From: Tannockella kyphosi
GTDB lineage: Bacteria; Bacillota_I; Bacilli_A; Erysipelotrichales; Coprobacillaceae
Direction of reading: 5' to 3'
DNA: 32,000 bases
Assembly (NCBI RefSeq): GCF_021054785.1
Contig: NZ_CP088239.1
Span: 1,320,001-1,352,000, forward strand
Each line of letters begins with the position of its first letter. Position 1 is the first letter of the stretch. The translations under genes and the position numbers were made by a program. Of this stretch, positions 25,185 through 32,000 are shown one piece after another. The notes beneath the pieces are model-generated. The model did not search any database and had not been told where the DNA came from. It saw only the letters and a list, made by a program, of their open reading frames with translations.

Positions 25185-25247
25185 AACTTTGGGGTTTTGA
25201 TAAAACCCCAAGTTATCTTATAGCCAAATAAGTACTATACCCCAGAA
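25185..25247. repeat. Right subterminal copies of the GGGG motif
   Basis: AAACTTTGGGGTTTT (25185..25198, forward), AAAACCCCAAGTT (25202..25214, inverted) and TACCCCAGAA (25238..25247, inverted, terminal copy). The first two form a hairpin. Confidence 0.8.
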
Positions 25248-25261
25248 CTATTTATAGTGCC

Positions 25262-25269
25262 ACTATAAA
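25262..25269. repeat. Target-site duplication, right copy (ACTATAAA)
   Basis: See 22770..22777. Confidence 0.55.
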
Positions 25270-25615
25270 TAGTTTTCAAACACTGACTACTCCCTTTTCT
25301 TTCATAATCATCTTATGATACTGCTAATAAAACCAATATAATGAACCAATCTATCATTACTTGTATAAAATGTAATTCTTTGCTTTTTGTACAACAAGCT
25401 AACGCATAAAAAAAACAAATATTAGGCGATTAAATATCATTTAGGCTTATTTTTTTTATAAAATTCACGAAAATGTTATCATCCTCAAAAGTGCATATTA
25501 ATGTTGACATTTATACTCCAAACACCTGTTAGTTATCTACAATTCATTTATTCACACCCACATATTGGCTTGTTGTGATGCTTTTTTTCTCTCGCTCATC
25601 GCTAACCTTTCAAAT

Positions 25616-25647
25616 AAAAAACAGCCAACAAATTTCTCCATCGACTG
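25616..25647 (-). terminator. Possible intrinsic terminator after the ATPase gene
   Basis: The minus strand reads CAGTCGA-(loop)-TTGGCTG (includes G-U pairs) followed by TTTTTTATTTG. Confidence 0.4.
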
Positions 25648-25661
25648 CATACAATTTGTAT

Positions 25662-26894
25662 TTATCTTTCTTCTATCAAAAAATCAATGATGTTTTCTAG
25701 CTTAATCCCCTCATCAGACTTGATAAAGTTCCGATCCATTGATAGCACAATTTTTTCGTAATTATCTCCGATTGCTTTTAAGCTACGCAATTCTCTTTCA
25801 TAAACAGATGTATCCAAAAGGGATTCTGTCACTTGAATGTACAGCTTTTCATCTGGTTTTTCGGCTACAAAATCAACTTCGATTTCTCCAATCTTTCCAA
25901 CATAAACCTTATACCCTCGCCTCAAAAGCTCCAAATATACAATATTTTCCAGAATATGCCCTCTATCCACATCACGATAGCCTAAGAGCATATTGCGAAA
26001 ACCAATGTCCGCAATATAATTCTTGTTCAAAGTTTTCAACAGTTGTTTGCCTTTGATATCGTATCTCCCTGCCGTATAGAAAATAAATGCATTGCTCAAC
26101 ATTTCAATATATTTATTGACAGTGCTGCTTGCAACATTCATCTTATCCTTTGCTGAAATATCCCCTTCATTTTTCAAAATATTTCCAATGCTATTTGGTG
26201 AATTTAAGCTCCCAATGTTATCACTCAAAAACAGCATCAGCTTACGCAGTAAATATTGATCCGTAGCCTTATTACGTTCTAACACATCTCTTAAAACAAC
26301 GGTGGAATAAATACCCTCTAGGGTTTCGTTGATTTGGGATAGGTTAAAATCAAATTGTTTCAAGATTGGCATTCCACCAATTTGCAAATATTTTTGGAAC
26401 TTTTCTTCCATAGTCATATCTGTAGGGAACTCATAGAATGTCAAAAATTCCTTAAAGGAAAGTGGCATCATACGAATCTCAACATATCTTCCAGACAGTA
26501 ATGTGAAAAATTCATTGGATAGCAAAAATGCATTGGAACCTGTAATATAAATATCCACATCAAAGTCCAACCGAAATGATTCAATGGCTTTTTCCCAATG
26601 CTCCACTGTTTGTAACTCATCAAATATGAGGTAGGTTTTCCCATTTTCTGCAATACACTCACTAATATATCCATAAAAGGCTTCGTAGTGCAAAATATTT
26701 TTGAATTTTAAAGACTCTAAATTTATGTGGATTATATTCTCTTTTGGGACACCACTATGCAATAAATGTTCATGGAACAAATCCAAAATGGTGGATTTAC
26801 CACATCTTCTAATACCTGTAACAATTTTCACAACATCTTTATCTTTGTATTTTATCAATTTTGTTAAATAGAGTGGACGGTTTATTTTATCCAT
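25662..26894 (-). CDS. AAA_14-type ATPase with C-terminal DUF4143 (PD-(D/E)xK-like) domain
   Basis: Walker A GIRRCGKST and Walker B LIFDELQ. The C-terminal ...GKIGEIEVDFVAEKPDEKLYIQVTES... is the E-x-D-F / Q-V-K(T) pattern typical of DUF4143. SD AAAGGAG is present. Confidence 0.8.
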   Translation of the reverse strand: MDKINRPLYLTKLIKYKDKDVVKIVTGIRRCGKSTILDLFHEHLLHSGVPKENIIHINLESLKFKNILHYEAFYGYISECIAENGKTYLIFDELQTVEHWEKAIESFRLDFDVDIYITGSNAFLLSNEFFTLLSGRYVEIRMMPLSFKEFLTFYEFPTDMTMEEKFQKYLQIGGMPILKQFDFNLSQINETLEGIYSTVVLRDVLERNKATDQYLLRKLMLFLSDNIGSLNSPNSIGNILKNEGDISAKDKMNVASSTVNKYIEMLSNAFIFYTAGRYDIKGKQLLKTLNKNYIADIGFRNMLLGYRDVDRGHILENIVYLELLRRGYKVYVGKIGEIEVDFVAEKPDEKLYIQVTESLLDTSVYERELRSLKAIGDNYEKIVLSMDRNFIKSDEGIKLENIIDFLIEER

Positions 26895-26920
26895 AAAATT
26901 CCGCTCCTTTCTTCCATTTC

Positions 26921-26949
26921 ATTATAGATTTTAAAGGTAAATATGTCAA
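26921..26949 (-). promoter_or_regulatory. Consensus sigma-70 promoter for the ATPase gene
   Basis: The minus strand reads TTGACA (26949..26944), a 17-nt spacer, then TATAAT (26926..26921). Both hexamers are perfect. Confidence 0.8.
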
Positions 26950-27212
26950 GTTTTTGAGTTATATTTAAAAAACTTTATGTTTTTATATTGTTTTTAAATT
27001 ATGTTTTAATTATTATCGTTAAATGTTTTTTCTTATTTCTATCAAATCCCCAAATATCCTAAAAGATACTTGCATTAGGATGGCGGATTTACTTCCATAG
27101 TATCACTCACCACCTTTGCTTTTACACAACTATCATAGCTGATTGTTATTCAAAAGTCACTTTAGCTTTTCGTTTTATAAACCTTGATAAGTTTCCTAAT
27201 TAAATATCCATT

Positions 27213-27249
27213 AAAAAAGAGGATTGGGAATCTTTTTATCCCAACCCTC
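27213..27249 (-). terminator. Intrinsic terminator after the methyltransferase gene
   Basis: The minus strand reads GAGGGTTGGG-(11-nt loop)-CCCAATCCTC (one G-U) followed by TTTTTT. Confidence 0.8.
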
Positions 27250-27280
27250 AAAATCCTATATTCTAAGACATTTACATACT

Positions 27281-28636
27281 TTATTTCTCTACTCTTGTCA
27301 GCAAACAAACAGTTTCCACATGGTAAGTTTGAGGGAACATATCTACTGGTTGTGCTACAATAGCTTGATAGCCTTGCTCCTCTAAAATCTTAATATCTCT
27401 TGCTTGTGTAGACACATCACAAGATACATAAACTACTTTTTTAGGTTGTAGTTGTACTAAAGCCTGTAAAAATTCTGGAGAGCAACCTTTTCTTGGTGGA
27501 TCCACAAAAACAACATCGATACGTTGTTTCTTTTCCACACAAGCTTGCATAAATTCAGCAGCATCATTACATACAAAAGTCGTATTTTTAATACCATTTG
27601 CTTGAGCATTCTTTTTTGCATCTTTAATAGCTTGAGGAATAATTTCAACCCCATAAACTTGTTTTACTTTTTTAGCAACACTTAGTGCAATAGTACCTAT
27701 TCCACAATATGCATCCATAACAATATCTTTCTCACTTACTTGTGCTAGTTCAATTGCTTTACTATAAAGTACTTCTACTTGAATTGGATTAATTTGATAG
27801 AATGATTTTAATGAAATCTCAAAAGTATTCCCCAATAAAACATCCTTAATCTTTCCATTTCCATATAAAATAGTCTCTTTTTTACCAAGAATAACATTAC
27901 TATCCTCATTATTTACATTATGAATAATTGTTTTAACCATCGGATATTTAGAAGTAATTTCTTTTACTAACTTCTCTGTATCTTTTAATTTTTGATATCT
28001 AGTAATAATAACTAACATCATTTCTCCTGTTGTATAACCATACTTCGTAAGAATATGACGAATATTACCTTTATATGTTTCTTTATTATAAGCTGTTTCT
28101 TTTGATTTTTCTAATAAACCTCTTGTAAAAGATACTACACTATTTGATAAATCATTTTGAATAGAACAATGTTCACATTCTACAATATCATTAGAATGTT
28201 GTTTATAAAAACCACTAACTAATCGATTATTTACTTGTCCTACTGGTACTTGTACTTTATTACGATAATACCAAGGATCATCCATTACTAAACAAGGTAA
28301 TACTTCTACTGAAGATTTCCCTATTCTTTCCAAACAGTCTTTTACTCTTTTTGTTTTAAATACTAATTGTCCTTTTGTACTAATATGTTGTAGTTGACAT
28401 CCTCCACAGCTATTATAAATGCTACATTTTGGACTAACACGATGTGGTGATTCTTTGGTTAAAGAGATTAAACGAGCAACTCCATAATTCTTTAATACTT
28501 TAATGACTTTTAATTGTCCTTTTTCACCAACAATCATATCATTTACAAAATAAGGAAAGTTATCTACTTTTACTACTCCTTTTCCTTCGTGGCTGAAGTC
28601 GATGCAAGTCGCTTCAAAATAATCATTTTTTTTCAT
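27281..28636 (-). CDS. rlmD: 23S rRNA (uracil-C5)-methyltransferase, RumA/RlmCD family
   Basis: N-terminal TRAM-like domain (GKGVVKVDNFPYFV...GEKGQLKV), Fe-S cluster cysteines CSIYNSCGGCQLQH...C, a SAM-binding block (DAYCGIGTIAL), VDPPRKG and the catalytic YVSCD. Confidence 0.92.
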   Translation of the reverse strand: MKKNDYFEATCIDFSHEGKGVVKVDNFPYFVNDMIVGEKGQLKVIKVLKNYGVARLISLTKESPHRVSPKCSIYNSCGGCQLQHISTKGQLVFKTKRVKDCLERIGKSSVEVLPCLVMDDPWYYRNKVQVPVGQVNNRLVSGFYKQHSNDIVECEHCSIQNDLSNSVVSFTRGLLEKSKETAYNKETYKGNIRHILTKYGYTTGEMMLVIITRYQKLKDTEKLVKEITSKYPMVKTIIHNVNNEDSNVILGKKETILYGNGKIKDVLLGNTFEISLKSFYQINPIQVEVLYSKAIELAQVSEKDIVMDAYCGIGTIALSVAKKVKQVYGVEIIPQAIKDAKKNAQANGIKNTTFVCNDAAEFMQACVEKKQRIDVVFVDPPRKGCSPEFLQALVQLQPKKVVYVSCDVSTQARDIKILEEQGYQAIVAQPVDMFPQTYHVETVCLLTRVEK

Positions 28637-28647
28637 AATTCTCCTTT

Positions 28648-28671
28648 AAAAAAACGAGCAGTGCTCGTTTT
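28648..28671 (-). terminator. Intrinsic terminator or attenuator directly abutting the rlmD SD
   Basis: The minus strand reads AAAACGAGC-actg-GCTCGTTTT followed by TTTAAAGGAG. The U-tract runs straight into the rlmD ribosome-binding site. Confidence 0.7.
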
Positions 28672-29477
28672 TACTCTGTTTCACTTTCTTGATCATCCTC
28701 TACTAATGATGATTCATAAGTTTCTAATACTTTATCTGTTGTGCTTTGGTCTGCAGGAGATGATGTAGTATAGGAAACATCTTCTACTGTTGCATGTTTT
28801 GTACCAAAAATAGGATAAGCTTCACTATCATCTGATGTCATAATAAATTCAACATCATATTGATATTCTCCATTAGAAATATTAAATGCTTGGCTATATT
28901 TAGAGCCTTCATAAGCATCATATCCTAATGCTACATCTAAATCTTCTAGGATACTTTCTGCTATTTCACAACCATCACTTTCTGATGTTTCTGGAACAAA
29001 GTCAATATCTATTTTAATAATTAAACATTCTACACTAATATCAAGACCTTCCACTGCTTCATTTTCTAAATAACTAGCAATTACATCATCGATTGCATCA
29101 CTACTTAAAGCAATAGCTCCTGTACAACGTTCACCATAAACAGGTCCATCATTTTGTGAAGAACTATAAATATAATAAGCAAACGCTAAACCGGCAATAA
29201 GTACTAAAAGTAACAAACCATGCCATACTTTAAATTTATATTTAAATTTTTTCTTTTTCTTAGGCATTTCTGGTTCCTCATTACCTACTTCTTCTACTTT
29301 CGTTTCTTCTTCAAAAATAGCAACAGGCTCTATTTGTTCTGCTTCAAAAATAACATCTTGTTCTTCTACTTCTTCCAAAACAAATTCAGGTTCTTCTACT
29401 TCTATACTTGTTTCTTGTTCTGGTTCTAATACTATTTCAGATTCATCATCAAAATGAAATCTTTCCTTTTTACTCAT
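28671..29477 (-). CDS. Single-pass membrane protein with highly acidic N-terminal region, unknown function
   Basis: The E/V/F-rich acidic N-terminus covers about 70 aa. A K-rich stop-transfer segment (KKKKKFKYKFK) and one TM helix (GLLLLVLIAGLAFAYYIY) follow. The C-terminal domain is about 150 aa with an acidic tail. Confidence 0.6.
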   Translation of the reverse strand: MSKKERFHFDDESEIVLEPEQETSIEVEEPEFVLEEVEEQDVIFEAEQIEPVAIFEEETKVEEVGNEEPEMPKKKKKFKYKFKVWHGLLLLVLIAGLAFAYYIYSSSQNDGPVYGERCTGAIALSSDAIDDVIASYLENEAVEGLDISVECLIIKIDIDFVPETSESDGCEIAESILEDLDVALGYDAYEGSKYSQAFNISNGEYQYDVEFIMTSDDSEAYPIFGTKHATVEDVSYTTSSPADQSTTDKVLETYESSLVEDDQESETE

Positions 29478-29528
29478 TATCTCACTTCCTTCTTTTTACA
29501 TTTTAACAAATTTTTGTTGAAAAGTACA

Positions 29529-30962
29529 TTAAGAAATACGTTCTTTTAGTTGTTCGATTAATAATTTACTAGTCATACCTGGGTTTGCTTGTCCATTACT
29601 AGCTTTCATGATTTGTCCTACTAAGAATCCAACAGCACGATCTTTCCCATTACGATAGTCTTCAATTGATTGTTCATTAGCATCTAATACACCATTAATA
29701 ATTACTAACAATTCAGCTGGTGAAGATATTTGTTTCATTTTCTTTTCTTCAATAATAATTTCAGGATCTTTTCCTTCCTTCATTAATATCTCAAATACTA
29801 CTTTTGCTTGTTTATTAGAAATAGTTGCATCTTGGATAAAGTCAACCATTTTAGCAAGATATTCTGGTGTGATTTTTGTTTCAGTAATCACTAGATTCTC
29901 TTTATTTAAATAAGCTTGAATTTCTCCTAATAACCAGTTACATACAAATTTAGCGTGTTTTGTATATTGAATTGTTGCTTCAAAAAAATCTGAAACTTGT
30001 TTTGTTTGAACTAAGATATTAGCATCTACTAAACTAATACCTAATTCTTTTGTATAACGCAATACTCTTTTATCTGGCATTTCAGGTAAGTTATTTTTAA
30101 TTTGTTTTACCCAAGCTGGATCTAAACGGATTGGTAAGATATTTGGTTCAGGATAGTATTTATAATCTACTGCATCTCCTTTGGCACGCATGATTGTTGT
30201 TTCTTTTTTGTCTTCATCATAACGCATTGTGTTTTGAATAACACTACCACCTTCTAATAAGATTTTTTCTTGTCTTTTTCCTTCTACTTCAACTGCTTTT
30301 TGAACATTAGAAATAGAGTTTAAGTTTTTGATTTCAGTACGTGTTCCAAATTTATCACTACCATAAGGACGTAATGAAATATTAACATCACAACGCATCG
30401 AACCTTCTTCCATCTTAGCATCACTTACTTCTGTAAATAAGAAGATTTGTCTTAGTTTTTCTAAGTATGCTGCAGCTGCTTTTCCTGAACGAATAGTTGG
30501 TTTCGTAACAATTTCAATTAATGGAATACCTGCTCGATTATAATCTAATAAAGAATAATCATCAAAATGTAACTGTTTTGCAGTATCTTCTTCCATATGT
30601 AGTCTTTCGATTTCGATAACTTCTATTTTCCCATCGACATTAATTTCTATTTTACCATTTCTACCAATAGGACGACGATCCTGTGTGATTTGGAATCCTT
30701 TTGGTAAGTCTGCATAATAATAATTTTTACGATCAAAACAAACTAGTTCATCAATTTCCATATCAAGTGCATGACATACACGCAAAGCATATTCTACGCC
30801 TGCTTTATTTAAAACTGGCATTGTTCCAGTCATCCCCATATCAACTTGATTAATCATTGTATTTGGTGCTTTACCAAAGCTTACTGGAGCATTAGAAAAC
30901 ATTTTTGTATTTGTTGTTAATTCGCAATGAACCTCTAGTCCAATTACTGTTTCAAAATTCAT
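29529..30962 (-). CDS. gatB: Asp-tRNA(Asn)/Glu-tRNA(Gln) amidotransferase subunit B
   Basis: The N-terminus is MNFETVIGLEVHCELTTNTKMFS. Also present are DYNRAGIPLIEIVT, RCDVNIS and the C-terminal GatB/YqeY domain (...GFLVGQIMKASNGQANP). Confidence 0.95.
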   Translation of the reverse strand: MNFETVIGLEVHCELTTNTKMFSNAPVSFGKAPNTMINQVDMGMTGTMPVLNKAGVEYALRVCHALDMEIDELVCFDRKNYYYADLPKGFQITQDRRPIGRNGKIEINVDGKIEVIEIERLHMEEDTAKQLHFDDYSLLDYNRAGIPLIEIVTKPTIRSGKAAAAYLEKLRQIFLFTEVSDAKMEEGSMRCDVNISLRPYGSDKFGTRTEIKNLNSISNVQKAVEVEGKRQEKILLEGGSVIQNTMRYDEDKKETTIMRAKGDAVDYKYYPEPNILPIRLDPAWVKQIKNNLPEMPDKRVLRYTKELGISLVDANILVQTKQVSDFFEATIQYTKHAKFVCNWLLGEIQAYLNKENLVITETKITPEYLAKMVDFIQDATISNKQAKVVFEILMKEGKDPEIIIEEKKMKQISSPAELLVIINGVLDANEQSIEDYRNGKDRAVGFLVGQIMKASNGQANPGMTSKLLIEQLKERIS

Positions 30963-30964
30963 CT

Positions 30965-32000
30965 CTAATCCTCCCTCTTATATTGATTTTTAAATGTTAA
31001 AACATTTTCTAAAGCATAAGAAACATTAAGAACAGTTTGTTCTTCAAAAATACGTCCCATTAAATTTACTGCAATAGGCATATCTTCTACAAAACCAGTA
31101 GGCAATGTTAAACTAGGTGTTCCGGCAAAGTTTCCTAACGCTAAATGATTTTCTAAAATAACATACTCACTTGATGTTACATCATCACTTGCATTTGCTT
31201 CTGTTTCTTTAGGTGCAATTGTTCCTGCATTTGGAGTTAAAATAATATCATATTCTTGATATACTCGATTTAATTCTTCTACAATGAGTCTTCTTACTCT
31301 TTGTGCTTGTCTAAACATCTTTTCTTGATTTTCAGTAGCTAAAGCTAAGTTTCCTAAAATAAAACGTCTTTTAATATGATCTCCAAAACCATGTGTTCTA
31401 GATGCAATCATTACTTCATCTGTTGAATCAGCTATTTGGAAGTCACCATATTTAATACCATCTAAACAAGAATGGTTACTTGTTGCTTCACTATTTGCAA
31501 TGATTTTATAAGTAGGTAAAATAGCTTTTAATAAAGTAATATCCATTTCTACTTCTTCTACAATAGCTCCTAATTCTTTTAACTTAGTTACGGTATCTTC
31601 AAAATTCTTTTTTATTTCTTGATTACTAATTTCATCTACTACTGATTTTAATACTGCAATCTTTAAACCTTTTATATCCTCATTTAAATTATCTAAATAT
31701 GCTGGTACTTCTAAATAACTAGAAGTCATATCACGATCATCACGTCCTGCTAATGTTTCTATTACAATCGCCATATCTCGAACATTTCTTGTAAAAGCAC
31801 CTACTGTATCTAAACTAGATGCATATGGAATAACTCCATAACGTGAAATTCTTCCCCATGTTGGCTTAAATCCAACAATACCACAATAACCTGCTGGTTT
31901 ACGAATAGAGTCTCCTGTATCACTTCCTAAAGCAAAAGGAACAACCCCACATGCTACAGAAGCAGCACTTCCTCCTGACGAACCACCACTAATACGTGTT
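30965..32000 (-). CDS. gatA: Asp-tRNA(Asn)/Glu-tRNA(Gln) amidotransferase subunit A (5' end outside window)
   Basis: The frame stays open upstream of the listed Met to the window edge. That part translates to the amidase signature GGSSGGSAASVACGVVPFALGSDTGDSIRKPAGYCG. The gene stops 2 nt before gatB. Confidence 0.9.
   Translation of the reverse strand, partial: TRISGGSSGGSAASVACGVVPFALGSDTGDSIRKPAGYCGIVGFKPTWGRISRYGVIPYASSLDTVGAFTRNVRDMAIVIETLAGRDDRDMTSSYLEVPAYLDNLNEDIKGLKIAVLKSVVDEISNQEIKKNFEDTVTKLKELGAIVEEVEMDITLLKAILPTYKIIANSEATSNHSCLDGIKYGDFQIADSTDEVMIASRTHGFGDHIKRRFILGNLALATENQEKMFRQAQRVRRLIVEELNRVYQEYDIILTPNAGTIAPKETEANASDDVTSSEYVILENHLALGNFAGTPSLTLPTGFVEDMPIAVNLMGRIFEEQTVLNVSYALENVLTFKNQYKRED

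Larger units (their letters stand above)
22778..25261 (+). mobile_element. ISL3-family insertion sequence (about 2.48 kb) with accessory zinc-ribbon ORF
   Basis: It contains an ISL3-type transposase. The imperfect terminal IRs are GGTAGCTTAAATTAACTTGGGGTTTTG and GGCACTATAAATAGTTCTGGGGTATAG (16/27, ungapped). GGGG lies at the same offset (18 nt) from both ends. An 8-bp direct repeat ACTATAAA flanks the element. Confidence 0.7.

Noticed and set aside
22790-25215. Alternative IS boundary model using the perfect 14-bp inverted match TAACTTGGGGTTTT at 22790..22803 and 25202..25215.
   Set aside because: This model gives no target-site duplication. The outer model (22778..25261) gives an 8-bp duplication, GG-initiated ends and GGGG at identical offsets from both termini. 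I keep this alternative in mind because an 8-mer AT-rich match could still be chance.
25275-25615. Scanned the long non-coding blocks flanking the ATPase gene (25275..25615 here, and also 26950..27212) for tRNA, small RNA, riboswitch or pseudogene signals.
   Set aside because: I saw no cloverleaf-compatible sequence, no conserved riboswitch blocks, and no extended open frame with recognisable motifs. Only AT-rich repeats of TATGTTTT-like strings are present, consistent with promoter-proximal or decayed DNA.
721-29429. Short ORFs from the track that overlap or are antisense to strong genes: 721..927, 5819..6100, 5877..6062, 6823..7011, 6910..7116, 7655..7933, 10321..10506, 12717..12923, 14161..14370, 15796..16002, 17514..17708, 19540..19761, 21242..21499, 24805..25095, 25739..26056, 26468..26674, 27457..27654, 28514..28768, 29220..29429.
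   Set aside because: All lie within or antisense to longer ORFs that have clear family motifs. They lack convincing SDs and have the odd composition expected of AT-rich antisense frames.

Overview
This is an AT-rich (roughly 30% GC by eye) Bacillota-type chromosomal segment. It is almost entirely coding and mostly made of minus-strand housekeeping operons. In order, the housekeeping content is: the 3' end of a GH2 beta-galactosidase; a DEAD-box helicase plus an ABC-F ATPase; malQ plus a Cof phosphatase; an APC permease; an alpha/beta-hydrolase-NUDIX-ArsC-family operon; a two-gene orphan unit; an AGCS symporter behind a glycine riboswitch; an Fe-alcohol dehydrogenase plus a second hydrolase paralog; a VanY-type peptidase; a CmpB-like membrane protein; a zur-znuA-znuC-znuB zinc operon with a perfect 7-1-7 Zur-box-like palindrome; a RumA-type rRNA methyltransferase; an acidic membrane protein; and gatB plus partial gatA. 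No rRNA, tRNA or CRISPR array was found. Four parts look accessory or unusual. (1) A self-contained four-gene operon (15983..18231, minus strand) encodes a ribbon-helix-helix-like protein, two proteins I cannot place in any family, and a cytoplasmic EEP-fold nuclease/phosphatase. It carries a 22-bp motif present twice (20/22 identical) and an 11-4-11 perfect palindrome. This is my best candidate for an undescribed toxin/immunity or defence-type module. (2) In ZnuA, the usual His-rich loop is replaced by a 94-residue Cys/His/Asp/Glu tandem-repeat insert. (3) A 2.5-kb ISL3-family element carries an extra zinc-ribbon ORF, a coupled 21-codon upstream ORF, iterated subterminal GGGG motifs and an 8-bp target duplication. 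Its insertion junction forms a perfect palindrome. (4) An orphan AAA_14/DUF4143-type ATPase has a consensus promoter and sits in a small, non-coding-rich islet next to the IS. All functional calls come from motif recognition by eye. No database search was run.
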